Source: Octopus vulgaris (Eukaryota). From it: a stretch of 64,000 bases of DNA. Below the pieces are notes generated by a model. The model was given only the letters and a program-made list of their open reading frames with translations, was not told the origin of the DNA and made no database searches. How positions within the stretch are numbered: the stretch's first letter is position 1; every line of letters starts with the position of its first letter. The translations under genes and the position numbers were made by a program. The stretch covers positions 5,084,001 through 5,148,000 of the forward strand of contig OX597827.1 in NCBI GenBank assembly GCA_951406725.2. The letters are read 5' to 3'. This document shows, one piece after another, positions 13,011-26,547 of this stretch.

Positions 13011-13455
13011 GAACAAACCTACTGCCTGTTACTGGTCAGGGTAAGAAGCCACTGCCTGGAAAATGTTGTTATGCATCTGTCTTCAAAATATGATCTTGTC
13101 TAGCATTACCAAGTGAAATTTTCATAGGAACACTTTTAAAAAAGAAGGCTTCCCTTGATACCCAAGGTAGACAACAACAACAACAAAATAAATAAATAAA
13201 TAAATAAAGGAGATTTAAAAATTTTATTTACACTCATTTCATTTTCATATCCCAAACAACTGCCGCACATATGTTACAAGTCTAAACATTGCAATGGGAG
13301 AAAAATCAAAAAACACAAAATTGAATGTACAAGTGGAAGAAGAAAATAAATAGTTTAGGGAAGAATTAATTGAAGAAAATACTCCAAATACTGAAATAAG
13401 TTATTTTGAAGACAGTGACAATAGTAACAACATTAATAACAGTTGAGGCTCTTAC

Positions 13456-13571
13456 ACAATTCCAAATACTGTGTTCTGTTCATATAGCAGTTGAGCAAAA
13501 GCAAACCTTCCTATCACTGTTACAAGAAAACGTGTCAGATGATTTTGTAAAATCAAACAGCATTTCTTTGC
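13456..13571 (-). pseudogene. Exon-like segment AKKCCLILQNHLTRFLVTV...TVFGI
   Basis: Long pyrimidine tract, GAG acceptor, gtaaga donor; phase-2 end fits the phase-2 start at 11319. Confidence 0.4.
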
Positions 13572-13669
13572 CTCAGAATCAAATGCAAGAGAGAGGAAAG
13601 CAAAAACATATATATCTGCTGAGAGAGTGGCACTAAAATATAATCTTCCCTTACATCAAGTAGTACAAC

Positions 13670-13850
13670 AGGTTCTTCAGGACATATTGGGAAGTTATTG
13701 AATAAGATGGGGTGAAGGACTGATCCTTGGTGGACCCCTACCCCTACTCAGAATTCTTCACTATACTTGTTGGCAAACCTCACCTTACTGACAGCATCCC
13801 TGTACAGAGCTTGTACAGCTCTTACCAGCCACTTGTCTATTCCCAGTGGC
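13670..13850 (-). mobile_element. RTE RT fragment
   Basis: LGIDKWLVRAVQALYRDAVSKVR...VGVHQGSVL. Confidence 0.8.
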
Positions 13851-13938
13851 TGGGAAACATATGTAACCCAGATCTTATCTACTCCATTCCTTAATTCTTG
13901 TATTCCTTTTCACATACCCGGAAACCCTGGTTACCTAC

Positions 13939-14204
13939 CGTGAAATATAAAAACAACTTTTTTCAGTTTATCATACTTTGATATGAAAATATCTACAGCC
14001 TTCCATCTCAATAAACCACTATTGTCCCTGAAAGTTGCTTTTTATACATACTGTGGATTGCTTGAAGCAAACTTTCTTCCTACACTTCGATCTTTGGAAT
14101 TTATATTTATATAGACAGCCCTGCATCTAAAGTGATGTAATGATTGTATTTTTCAATTAAATAGAGCCACTTGAAACAGTCGTATTGTATCACTTCTCGA
14201 TATC
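13939..14204 (-). pseudogene. Exon-like segment with two in-frame stops
   Basis: caatag|ISRSDTIRLFQVALFN*KIQ...QYV*KATFRDNSGLLRWKAVDIF...VVFIFH|gtaggt. Confidence 0.3.
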
Positions 14205-14422
14205 CTATTGCTTATTTTGATTTAATATATATACGTATATAGTAAATAATAAAAGGGTAAAATTAATTAATTATTAATTATCAATTTTACCAAGTAGTGT
14301 TTAGTATGTAAAAAGACCATTTATGGTATATTTAAAACATTACATTATATAAAGTAAAATAATTTCTAAAAGTTCGGTATGTGGTAAAGTAAATTATTTT
14401 ACTGAACCCTAATTATATATAC

Positions 14423-14474
<52 letters not shown>

Positions 14475-14551
14475 GTATACCAAAGTAAGCACATAAATGT
14501 GAAACTATGTGGCAAAAAATAGTACTCGAGTATCGGAGGTAGAGTAATATG

Positions 14552-14587
<36 letters not shown>

Positions 14588-14620
14588 AGCTGCAAAAACA
14601 TCACAAAAAATCACAAAAAT

Positions 14621-14658
14621 CTACTACTCAGAGTTTCACATTCCCATTCATCAGGCAA
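14621..14658 (-). ncRNA. Minimal type I hammerhead ribozyme motif
   Basis: UUGC-CUGAUGA-AUG GGAA UGU-GAAA-CUC U GAG-UA^-GUAG. Confidence 0.6.
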
Positions 14659-14683
14659 GTTAGATTAAGAATCTTAATCTAAA

Positions 14684-14721
14684 CTGTCCGATGAATGTAA
14701 ACGTGAAACTCTGAGTAGCAG
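14684..14721 (+). ncRNA. Minimal hammerhead motif (CCGAUGA core variant)
   Basis: CUGU-CCGAUGA-AUG UAAA CGU-GAAA-CUC U GAG-UA^-GCAG. Confidence 0.55.
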
Positions 14722-15042
14722 CTTTTGTGATGTTTTTGCAGCTTTGATAATAAAAAGTATATATATATGTGTGTGTATGTGTGTGTGTGTATTTATATGA
14801 ATGTATCTATGTGTGTATGTCTTTGTGTCTGTGTTTGTCCCGCCCCCCCATCACTGCTGGACAATCAGTGTTTATGTGTTTATGTCCTCTGTAACTTAGT
14901 GGTTGAGTAAAAGAGACTAATAGAATAAGTATTAGGCTTAAAAAAATTTTTTTAACAAATAAATCCTGAGGTCGATTTGTTTGACTAAAACCCTTTAACT
15001 TATTTTTATTATTATTATTATTATTATTACTATTATTATTAC

Positions 15043-15085
<43 letters not shown>

Positions 15086-15630
15086 GAGTGAGTAGAGCAG
15101 TGCATGCCATCAAAGTGACACTGGGGTAAAATATACGAAGCCCAGTATACCCATCATGACTACCCGTCTGATAAGGGTACACCAGGCACATGCATCACAA
15201 CCATATGTGCGCGACATGGCAATCTCATATCAAGATAAACAGCACACGACCTTGCAGGTGGGGGCCCAGTTAGAATTTACTTCTGGTCAAATAACCCATC
15301 CCGCTCAAAAGGTCCCTGAATAAGGGTTGTTTAAGGATGTAGAATGAAACACCCATGTTTCCAGAGGTGAACTATTAAAACTCCAAAGAATCCCTCTCAA
15401 CACATGGTTATGATGCTCCCCCACTACTTCTGCTCGTGATCAGAGATGCACATATCATCAGCCACTAAGGGACATGGTCAACTGGCTAAGGTCAAACAAC
15501 TGACAAGCAAATCTGTGGTATTGAACAGAATATTTGGTGTAGCCCATCTTTTATACCAAGACAAAACAATGATAACACTTCCAATCAGTTAAGACCAGAA
15601 ACCATGAGAGCCACTGCGTGGTACTGCATA
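15086..15630 (-). mobile_element. Family E element within a (TAA)n array
   Basis: (ATT)n on both sides; best-preserved copy. Confidence 0.9.
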
Positions 15631-15651
15631 TTATTATTACTAGTATTAATA

Positions 15652-15860
15652 AGGCAGTGAGCTGGCAGAATCATTAGCATGCTGGACGAGATGCTTAGTA
15701 GTATTTTGCCCATTGCTACATTCTGAGTTCAAATTTCACCGAGGTTTTCTTTGCCTTTCATCCTTCTGGAGTCGATAAACTGAGTACCAATGAAATACTG
15801 GGGATGATGTAATTGACTACTCCCCTACCACCAAATTCCAAGCCTGGTGTCTTTTAGAAA
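15652..15860 (+). mobile_element. Old SINE family C
   Basis: AAGGCAGTGAGCTGGCAGAA...GAGTTCAAAT...GCCTTTCATCC. Confidence 0.75.
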
Positions 15861-16182
15861 GGATTATTATTATTATTATTGTGGGGGTATATGGCCTAAT
15901 GGTTAAGATGTTGAAGTCAAAATCATGAGATTGTTGTTTCAATTCCTGGATCAGGTAGTGCATTGAGTTCTTGAGCAAAATACTTCATCTCACATTGCTC
16001 TGTGATCACTTCAGAACCTAACATGTAGTACACTGTGCACCTGCACAGGTAACATCAATTGATGGAAGGAGTGAGCTACTGTACAGCAGCACATACATTT
16101 CACTACTGTAAACAAATCATTTGTTCAGATCATTCAGCGAAAACTGAATGTTTATATGTCGTCTTCAGTAGGAGGTTCCTCC

Positions 16183-16355
16183 ATAATAATAATAATAATA
16201 ATAATAATAATAGTAATAATAATAATAATAATAATAATTAGAATAATAGTAATAATAATAATAATAACAATAATAATAATAATAGTAATAATAATAATAA
16301 CAATAATAATAATAACAACAACAACAACAACAGTAGTAGTAGTAGTAGTAGTAAT
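16183..16355. repeat. (AAT)n/(AAC)n/(AGT)n microsatellite
   Basis: Seen directly. Confidence 0.95.
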
Positions 16356-16571
16356 ATTGCATTGAGAAAGTGTATTTGAAATATAACTTAGAATATATGT
16401 TTGTTGATTATATACACAGCCAGTTATCTTTTTCTCTGCGTAGCCTAAATTACTTTATTGTGAAGTATTGAAATCAGAAATTTTCTAAAATAAAAAAAAA
16501 AAAGAAAAGAAAGGAAAAATACTTTACACACAATGAAGAGAATCAAAATTTCTGTCTAAGCATTTTGTCAC

Positions 16572-16716
16572 TTTCGAAACGCTTTTGCAATTACTAATCT
16601 TTTAAATACTGCATTAGATGCTTGCAGTAGAATTAGTAGAACTGGTGTTTGTGCATTTGCAGTTAGATGTCTTTTTGTTTTTATTGTCAGCCACTGACTT
16701 AAAAAAATAGTACTTT
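16572..16716 (-). pseudogene. Exon-like segment STIFLSQWLTIK...LLILLQASNAVFKRLVIAKAFR
   Basis: Open frame between an AAG acceptor and a weak gtgaca donor; phase fits the 14204 acceptor. Confidence 0.3.
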
Positions 16717-16859
16717 CTTCAGGATAATAAAACAAGATAGATATGTATTTGGCATATATACATATATACATACATTTGTTATAAAATGGTAGTTTTTAAA
16801 CTTTGTCTGAAATAAATTTCATTTTGTTAAAGTTATTCAATAATGAGTTAATATATTTA

Positions 16860-17101
16860 TCTTTTACTTGTTTTCTGTCTTTAGACTGCAGCCATCTTGA
16901 GACCTGCTTTGAAAGGATTAGTTGAACAAATCCAAATCCACCCCAGCATTTATTTTTAAGCCTTGTATTTATTCTGTATTTACTCTTTTGCCAAACCACT
17001 AAGTTACAGGGATGTAAACAAACCAACACCAGTTGGTAAGCAGTGATGGAGGACAAACTCAAACTCAATTACAAAGACACACATGCATTGATATATTCAT
17101 A

Positions 17102-17163
<62 letters not shown>

Positions 17164-17290
17164 ATGGACTTCTATACAGTTTCCATCCTCCAAATCCACT
17201 TGTAAGGCTTTGGTTAGCCCAAGGTTACAGTAGAAGTGGGACTGAATGCAAGATTACCTAATCGGAAAGCAAGCTTCTTAATCACAACAT
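16860..17290 (-). mobile_element. Old SINE family A
   Basis: Diverged homology to 3091-3516. Confidence 0.75.
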
Positions 17291-17336
17291 GATGGTTTAC
17301 AGGTTTAATATCTTGTAATACACTTTTCAGAAAAGA

Positions 17337-17731
17337 CAGTGAGCTGGCAGAAATGTTAGCATGCTGGGTGAAATGCTTAGTGGTATTTCGTCTGTCTTTA
17401 CGTTCTGTGTTCAAATTCCGCCGAGGTCGACTTTGCCTTTCATTCTTTCGGGGTCGATTAAATAAGTACCAGTTACGCACTGAGGTCGATGTAATCGACT
17501 TAATCCGTTTGTCTGTCCTTGTTTGTCCCTTCTGTGTTCAGCCCCTTGTGGGTAATAAAGAAATAGGTATTTCGTCTGTCTTAACGTTATGAGTTCAAAT
17601 TCCGCTGAGGTCAACTTTGCCTTTCATCCTTTCGGGGTTGATAAATTAAGCACCAGTTGTGTACTGGAGTCGATCTAATCGACTGGCCTCCTCCCCAACA
17701 ATTTTAGGCCTTGTGCCTAGAGTAGAAACGA
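17337..17731 (+). mobile_element. Dimeric or nested SINE family C
   Basis: Core repeated twice, joined at AAAGAAATA-GGTATTTCGTCTGTC, with two different 3' ends. Confidence 0.85.
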
Positions 17732-18299
17732 ATATACTTTTCAGAAAATATTCTGAATCTAGAAATAATTTTATTTTATAGTGGAGACTGTATATTTTAG
17801 AGATTACATGTGAGTGATTAAGTGATTTACAAGTAAAAATATATTGAATTTACAACAGCAGAAATAGTTGAAAGAGAAAAAATTAAAATATCTCAAAAGA
17901 AACAATAAATCTTATATTTTATTTTGAGTTCAACAATTGTTACAAGTGATTTTTACTCCTATCTTGTACCATTAGGCATGTTTGCATTGTTAAGAGGTTT
18001 ATTTTGCAGTCATGTAGATTGGAATTTAACTCCACTGCTTTGCACGTCTTTTATTACAGCCTCAAACTCACTAGTTATTTCAGTGAATTTTGGTTGACGA
18101 AAGCTGTTCAGAAGCCTGTTAAGCACACATACATACACATGTATGCATGTATACACACACACAGACACATCATTGCCACCACCACCACTATCATCATCAT
18201 CATCTTTATATTAATGTACAGTTCTCCATGGGCCACATGGAATTTCCTAAGGCTGACATTCTACAGTTGGATACCATTCTTGTCATCAACCTTCACCTG

Positions 18300-18975
18300 C
18301 AGCTGTGTGGTAAGTAGCTTGCTTCCCAACTACATGGTTCTGGTTTCAGTCCCACTGTGTGGCATTTTGGGCAAGTGTCTTGACGTATAGCCTTGGGCCA
18401 ACCAAAGCCTTTGAGTGGATTTGGTAGACAGAAACTGAAAGAAGCCTATTGTATACATGTAAATATATCACCGTGATCACCGTGACCGACCAGGCTATCA
18501 GATGTTGCTACACATCGCTGGTCACAATGCACTTCACATTGTTTTAGCCTTCAAATGACACCACCCCGCTAGCTAAGTGAGCAGGCCAATAGAAGAAAGA
18601 GTGAGAGAATGTTGTGACAAAAGAGTACAGCAGGGATCACCACCACCCCCTGCCAGAGCCTCATGGACCTTTAGGTGTTTTTGTTCAATAAACACTCAGA
18701 ACCCTCAGTCTGGTAATCGAAACCGCGATCCTACGACTGCGAGTCTGCTGCCCTAACCACTGGGCCATTGTATATATTATATATGTGTGTGTGTGTGTGT
18801 ATCTTTGTGTCTCTGTTTGTCCTCCCACCATTGCTTGCCAACTGATGTTGGTGTGTTTATATCCCTATAACTTAGCAGTTCAGTAAAAAACACTGATCGA
18901 ATAAGTAGTAGGCTTACAAAGAATAAGTCCTGGGGCTGATGTCTTCAACTAAAACCCTTTAACATGTAAAAGAGT
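18300..18975 (+). mobile_element. SINE family A hosting a family B variant
   Basis: Family A head and tail split at the internal (TA)n. Confidence 0.8.
18468..18770 (-). mobile_element. SINE family B variant with an alternative 3' tail
   Basis: Head CAATGGCCCAGTGGTTAGGGCAG as in family B; different 3' half ending GGTCACGGTGATCACGGTGA. Confidence 0.8.
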
Positions 18976-19220
18976 AAAATAACAAAAGAATTTCCCTTTT
19001 GGCTTGGCATTATTTTCATGGAAGATGAGAAACAAACAACATCACTTGCATGGCAGTGATGCTCATTCAGAACCATCACATGATGTCAAGACTAGGGAAC
19101 ACACACACACACACACATACACACACAAACACACACACATGCACACACACACACATGCACACACACACATACACACACACACACACACACATGCACAATA
19201 AGCTTCTTTTCAGTTTCTTG

Positions 19221-19450
19221 TTTCTTTATTGCCCACAAGGGGCTAAACATAGAGAGGACAAACAAGGACAGACAAATGGATTAAGCCGATTAGATCAACC
19301 CCAGTGCATAACTGGTACTTAATTTATCGACCCCGAAAGGATGAAAGGCAAAGTCGACCTAGGCAGAATTTGAACTCACAATGTAACTGCAGACGAAATA
19401 CCGCTAAACATTTCGCCTGGCATGCTAACGATTCTGCCAGCTCGCCGCCT
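19221..19450 (-). mobile_element. SINE family C inserted in a family A copy
   Basis: Full element; TSD-like CAGTTTCT on both sides. Confidence 0.85.
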
Positions 19451-20417
19451 ACCAGTTTCTGCCTACCAAACCCTCAAAAGGCTTTGGTCAGCCTGGGGCT
19501 ATAGCTGAAGTTGCTTTCACATAGTGCTGCACAGTGGAACTGAACCTGGAACCATATGGCAAGGTAGCGCAAGCTTATTAACCACACGGCCATACCTTTA
19601 CCTACATGTGTGTGTGTGTGTGTGTTTGCATCTTTGTGTTTGTTTTTCCTTTTGACAATACCATTGGTTTGTTTACCTCCCCATGACTTAACAGTTCACC
19701 ATAATGCAACTGATAGAATGAAATAAATCCTGGGATTGATTTGACTTTGTCTTTCAAACTGATGCTCCAGTATGGTTGGAACCCGATAACTGAAACCAGG
19801 AAAAGGGTATGAAATCAACTCTACATTGACCGTATACATCGTTTAATATATTTAAGGATTTTGGTCACACAGTTTTGTTGAATATAATTATGAAGTAACT
19901 ACGATATAACTTATTCGCATGTTAACTTTGGTTTGCTTTTATGGTCGCTAAAAATAGACCATAAAAATATTGTTCTTAAAATCATAAAATATTCAATAAT
20001 ATAGTAGAAGTTATTTTGAAAAGAAATTTATATACCACAGTTCTGTAATAATATTGATTTCTGATTTGGCACAGAGCCACACATTTGTAGCAAAGGAGTT
20101 TATTAAAATGTATCACTCCTCAATAGGCAACTGGTACCTTCTCACATTATTGAGTCCTAGAAGGACAGAAGACAGAGTTAACCCCAGCGGGATTTGAAAC
20201 TAGAATATGAAAGAATGTGACTAAACGCTGCCAAATATTTAGTTTGCTTTCCCATCTTGTTGAGATCGACTTTGCTTTTCATCCTTTCTGGGTTGATGGA
20301 ATGGATACCAGTTTAGCACTGGGGTCAATAGAAGAAAGGATTTTTCCTAATTTGGGCACAACACTAACCTTTTTGAGGGGAGGCGCTTGTCAATTACATC
20401 GACTCCAATATATGACC

Positions 20418-20643
20418 GGTGAGCTGGCAGAACCGTTAGCACGCCAGGCAAAATGCGTAGCAGTATTTCGTCTGCCGTTACGTTCTGAGTTCAAATTCTG
20501 CAGCGTTCGACTTTGCCTTTCATCCTTTCGGGGTCGATTAAATAAGTACCAGTTTCGCACTGGGGTCGATGTAATCGACTTAATTCGTTTGTCTGTCCTT
20601 GTTTGTCCCCTCTATGTTTAGCCCCTTGTGGGTAATAAAGAAA
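20418..20643 (+). mobile_element. SINE family C
   Basis: Full homology to 53647-53873. Confidence 0.9.
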
Positions 20644-21171
20644 CAAAATATTTGGCTGGTTCTTTATTTTATTGATTCTAAAAGGATGAAAAGAAGTGCT
20701 GAATGGCAGGATTTGAACTCAGAATGTAAACAACCATAACTGAATATAACAAGATATTTCGTTGAAAGTTCTAATAATTCTGCCAATTCCACCCCTTTGC
20801 ATTACACAATAATAATAATAATAATAATTATAATAGAACAGTAGCTGATTATAGCACAGTAAGTCTCCCCATATTAATAACCATAACTGAAAACTGAAAA
20901 TGAGAGATTCCTATGAAAAACTGAAACACTTTTTGATACCTTATTCAAAATAAATAAATCATAACTGCTGCTGTTTTCAGGCACAAGGTCTGAAAATTTG
21001 GGGGAGACAGTGGGGCTGTCGATTAGATCAGTCCCAGTACACAACTGGTACTTAATTTCTCGACCCCCGAAAGGATGAATGCAAAGTCGACCTTGGCAGA
21101 ATTTGGAACTCAGAACGTAAAGTTGCTACTACAATATTAAAAGTCTTTTTCTTATTGCTATTGTTGCTGTG

Positions 21172-21500
<329 letters not shown>

Positions 21501-22479
21501 TGTCACATTTTCATACTGAAGATTCTGAACAATCAATGTGCTTATTCAAATTTATTCATTGAATCTATTATTTTAGTTGTTTCTTTGAATTTAAATTTGT
21601 GTGGGTGCAGACAAAAGTGCTAGAAACTAGTATATGTTTTGCTATCAAAAAAACAAAAAAAAAGGAGACATTTAGCTGTGTTTGAGATAACCATTATTTT
21701 AGAATTATATATAAAAAAGAAAAAAAAAATAGAAGCCCAACAGCCCAAGGCAGTTTCACATGAAAAAGAAACGAGTTGTTGACAAACTATTAAGGTTTTA
21801 AAATCAATATTATTTTGGCTTAATTGAAACTATTTTGTATGACTATTTTGTTAAGGGAAATAATGAAAATACTTTTCAATGGAAATCATTCAAAAATTCC
21901 TGCTTTTATTAGAATTTAAGTTTGGCATAAATTTTTATTTTTTATTTTCTATCAATGGCTTTCAAAATACACTCACTATGCACCAATGAAAACTGTTACC
22001 TTTCTTTTACTTATAATTACATTGGTAGGCAATAAATGTCTCTATTACACCTATGTGCACATTAATTTATAACTCTGCTAATTGACATTATCTCTAAAGT
22101 TATTAAATTCTTGTTGTAAAGTAATCAATACTATGATTAGAGCAATGAAATCATCATTTTTCATATCAAAGTTACGTATCATAAAGCAAAGCTTATATTC
22201 AAGTGATTCACATTTTAAGAAGTCAAGCAATGTGGATTAATTGGTAGAGCTATTGCCAGCATAAGTTTCTAAAGATCTATATAAAGATATGCAGGCTATA
22301 AAGAGTTATCTAAGGGAAGACAATACATTACTTCAAAGTACAAGTACTTTATATACACTGAGCTACCATTAATTTCTATCTATCGAATTCTACCCACTAA
22401 GCTTGGCTTGGCTAGTGCTATGAAAAGAATTATTTACACAATGTCACATATTGTGGTATCAAATCTGGAGTGGTATTGT

Positions 22480-22713
22480 AAGGCGGCAAGCTGGCACAAA
22501 CGTTAGTACGCCGGGCGAAATGCGTAGCCGTATTTCGTCTGCCGTTACGTTCTGAGTTCAAATCCTGCTGAGGTCGACTTTGCCTTTCATCCTTTCGGGG
22601 TCGATTAAATAAGTACCAGTTACGCACTGGGGGTCGATATAATTGACTTAATCCATTTGTCTGTCCTTGTCTGTCCTCTTTGTATTTAGCCCCTTGTGGG
22701 TAGTAAAGAAAAA
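22480..22713 (+). mobile_element. SINE family C
   Basis: Full element; GGTATTG on both flanks. Confidence 0.9.
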
Positions 22714-22973
22714 GGTATTGCTATAGCTTCAGATTAGCCAATAGATTGTAAGTAAAACTGGGTAGGTGGAAACTAAATAGAAACCTTTCACTTGAATTGT
22801 ACATGTATTTCAAAGTACCAGCCTGTGTCACTCTGATACCATCTGAGAATGACATTAAGGGTAAATGTATTGACCACATACACATTAATTGGTGAGCATG
22901 ATTGTTAAGTTGAGACAGAGCAACTGAAGATTCAGGGTTAAAAATTCAGACCAAGAAAATTCTTCCCCTCTCT

Positions 22974-23015
<42 letters not shown>

Positions 23016-23228
23016 TGCAGGTTTAACTCATAAGCATGAACTTTATCCAAAATCATAACAACAAAATATATACCCCCCCCCATATTTCCGAACTGCCCAT
23101 GGATGGAGCAGAATGTATTTTGTTGGTCAGTTATGGGTTAAACATACTGGCACACAAAATTCTAACCTTGAGTTCATTATTCTATGTGGCCTGACCACAT
23201 TCTTATGAACTTGTCATGACCAGAAACA

Positions 23229-23282
<54 letters not shown>

Positions 23283-23583
23283 AACACACACACACACACG
23301 CATCTAAAGTAATAAGTTAAAATTAAGATTTAAAATTTCAGTGTTGGGTATGTCCTTGGTAGTGTGCCGATAAAGCGCATCCACTGCCTATGGTTACCTG
23401 GCATCATTCACTGTAATTGTATAATCATCACTGGATCTAAGTTAGGAATTCCTCAGTGTATGTTGAATATAACAGAAACAATAGAGACGGAAAATGGAAT
23501 AAATGGAAAACTTGCAGTTTCCTGTTTATTCCATTTTCTGTCTGTATTGTTCTATTATCTATAGTAGCAATAGTAGCAGTAGT

Positions 23584-23643
<60 letters not shown>

Positions 23644-23669
23644 TACTCTATAAACTCACGCACACACAG

Positions 23670-23734
<65 letters not shown>

Positions 23735-23762
23735 CAGGCATTTGTGTGTGTGTAAAGGATAG

Positions 23763-23975
23763 TCCACACTGTAAAGTGGTTGGTATTAGGAAGGGCATTC
23801 AACCATAAAAACAATGCTGAGGCAGACATTGGATCTAGATGCAGTCATTTGATATATCAGTTCCTGTCAAACCATCCAACCCATACCAGCATAGAACATG
23901 GATATTAAATGATGATGATGATAATGATGATGATGATGATGACGGTGGTGGTGGTGGTGGTGGTGGTGGTGGTGA
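23763..23975 (+). mobile_element. SINE-like family D, 3' part
   Basis: AGGAAGGGCATTC...CCAACCCAT and (GAT)n/(GGT)n tail. Confidence 0.75.
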
Positions 23976-24157
23976 TGTGTAAATGTAATGAATGTTGGAA
24001 GGTTTGGAAATTGTGATAATTGGTTAACAACTGATGAGTATTTGAGCTTGACTGCATCTGTTGTTTGTGTGTTTTTTCTGTAAATTCTATTGTCCTGCTT
24101 TACTGCGCCACATTTCCATTAATATATGTATATATATATATATATATAAATATACTA

Positions 24158-24480
24158 TCATCATCATCATCATCATTTAACGTCTGCCCTTCATACTGGC
24201 ATGGGTGGGACGGTTTGACGGGAGCCGACCAGGCAGAAGCCTGCACCAGACTTCTGTGACTGTTTTGGCAGGATTTTCACAGCTGGATGCCCTTCCAAAC
24301 ACCAACCACTCAGCAGAGTGGAATTAGTGCTTTTTACGTGGCACAAGCACAGGCATGGTCAGTTTTGGCAAGGTTTTTACAGCTGGATGCCCTTCCAAAT
24401 GCCGACCCCTTTACAGTGTGGACTGGGTACTTTTAAGTGGCAGCTGCACTGACAGGGTCCCCAAGTACTTGCAAGACAAA
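24158..24480 (-). mobile_element. SINE-like family D variant with internal duplication
   Basis: (CAT)n tail; GCTGGATGCCCTTCC block present twice. Confidence 0.75.
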
Positions 24481-25167
24481 AAAAAAACAACTTTCGAGAG
24501 GTAAGAGGACATTGGAGGTGATATTGTGTCAGATGACCAAAAGGTTATAGTGAGAGAGAGACGGAAACTGGTGTCTTGCTGTGGAGGAGGTACAAGGTTA
24601 CTTGGCTGTAGAGAGAGAGAGAGAGAGAGAGATCGTGAGAGAGAGAGATCAAGAATGAAGACAGAGACAGGTGCACTGCTGCAAAGGAAATACATGGTTA
24701 CCTAACCTGAGGGAAGTACAGGAGAAGGAGAGAGAGAGAGAGAGTGGAAGACAGCAGGATAGAGATGGCAGCAAAATGCAGGGCATACTCAGAATATGAA
24801 TGGGATGGTTGAGTAAAGGAAGAGTGAGATATAGATGGTGGCAAGTGCCAAGGCTTACACTTGAGGTTTGAATGCCATAATATAAGTGGCAGGATATTGT
24901 GGGGGGAAGCGTGATTAAAGAGTGCAGAGGTGGTGGTGGTGGTGGTGGTGGTCGTGGCAGTGGGATAGTGAGTGTTATATATATATGAGTGCATGAGCAA
25001 GTAGTTAAGAAATTCACTTCACAACCTTGCCACTGCAAGTTCAGTTCCACTGTATAGAACCTTATTCAAATATTTTTTTAACACACCATCAGTTCAAGCC
25101 AAGCCTTGGAAGTAAAACTGTGTAGACAAAGTGGAAACCTAGCCTATCAACTGTACTTGTACTTCTA

Positions 25168-25392
25168 AGAACTGGTAGAAACGTTAGCACGCCGGGCGAA
25201 ATTCGTAGTCGTATTTCGTCTGTCGTTACGTTCCGAGTTCAAATTCCGCCGAGGTCGACTTTGCCTTTCATCCTTTCGGGGTCGATAAATTAAGTACCAG
25301 TTACGCACTGGGGTCGATGTAGTCGACTTAATCCCTTTGTCTGTCCTTGTTTGTCCCCTCTGTGTTTAGCCCCTTGTGGGTAGTAAAGAAAT
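25168..25392 (+). mobile_element. SINE family C
   Basis: Young, CpG-rich copy. Confidence 0.9.
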
Positions 25393-26215
25393 ATATATAT
25401 ATAAACTCTGTATGCAGCAGTATTTATAATAAGCTCGATATAATATAATTGATGTGGGTTTAATCATTTTTTAGTCCAAGCTCAACTCTGTTTAAGCAAA
25501 CCTATGGTTAATGATATTCCAACAATGACCATTCCATTGTTTTCTTTTGTTTGTAGGTATTTGAAGTTCTACATTCCCAGTTAAATCATTTCCTTATTAT
25601 ATAGGCTGTGCTTTAAGGGAAATTAGGTTGCTATTTCTAGAAGGTATTCAGTTTATTTGCTTACTGACCTGAATTATAAAATCATAAAATTTAAAAATTT
25701 TTTGGTATATTCAAAGGGAGAAATATTTCTTGGTTGCTTAATGCTATAACAACAAATGGAAATATTGAATTCAAATTTTGGCACTAGGCCAGCAAGTTTG
25801 GAGGAGAGAGTAAATCAATTACCTCAGCCCCAGTGTCCAACTGGTACTCTGATTATTTACCCTGAAAGGATAAAAGGCAAAGTTAACCTCGGCAGAATTC
25901 GTACTCAGAATGTGAAGACGAACAAAACGTTGCTAAGGATTTTGCCAGCTTACCACTTTAACTAATTGCAATATTAGTCAAATCACTTTACACAGGTAAT
26001 ATCTCCCCATGACCAAACCTGTTTCATAAGATTGGAAATGAAGGATTCTGTTTACATGATTGTGATGCTTATCTATGACTATCAGGCAGTGTCCAAACAG
26101 TGAGACAGCAACTCACACATATGCAAACAAGAATGCACACACACATATATATATATACGTTTATATATTTATATTTGTATATATGAGTGGACAAATTCAC
26201 TCATATATATATATA

Positions 26216-26547
26216 CTGGCTTCCGTGCCGGTGGCACATAAAAAGCACCATCCGAATCATGGCCGAAGCCAGTGCTGCCTTGACTGGCTTCCATGCTGGT
26301 GGCATGTAAAATGCACCAATCTGATCGTGGCCATTGCCAGCCTCGCTTGGCATCTGTGCAGGTGGCACGTAAAAAGCACCCACTACACTCACGGAGTGGT
26401 TGGCGTTAGGAAGGGCATCCAGCTGTAGAAACACTGCCAGATCAGACTAGAGCCTGGTGCAACCTTCTGGCTTCCCAGATCCCCGGTCGCACCGTCCAAC
26501 CCATGCTAGCATGGAAAGCGGATGCTTAATGATGATGATGATGATGA
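26216..26547 (+). mobile_element. SINE-like family D with ~3 tandem 5' units
   Basis: GGTGGCACRTAAAA(A)GCACC-type motif x3, AGGAAGGGCATCC, (GAT)n. Confidence 0.9.

Larger units (their letters stand above)
14578..14753. mobile_element. Palindromic Penelope-type pLTR relic
   Basis: Inverted arms centred on TAGATTAAGAATCTTAATCTA, each carrying a hammerhead-like core. Confidence 0.7.

Noticed and set aside
13456-13571. NHLTRF as the GPS cleavage motif
   Set aside because: Cysteine spacing is atypical and the 11.1/10.7 kb segment directly precedes a hydrophobic helix; left unresolved, not claimed
7550-14204. A-to-I recoding of in-frame stops to Trp rescuing the polycystin-like gene
   Set aside because: Editing cannot fix TT or GA donors, frameshifts or the RTE insertion, and runs of consecutive stops make rescue implausible
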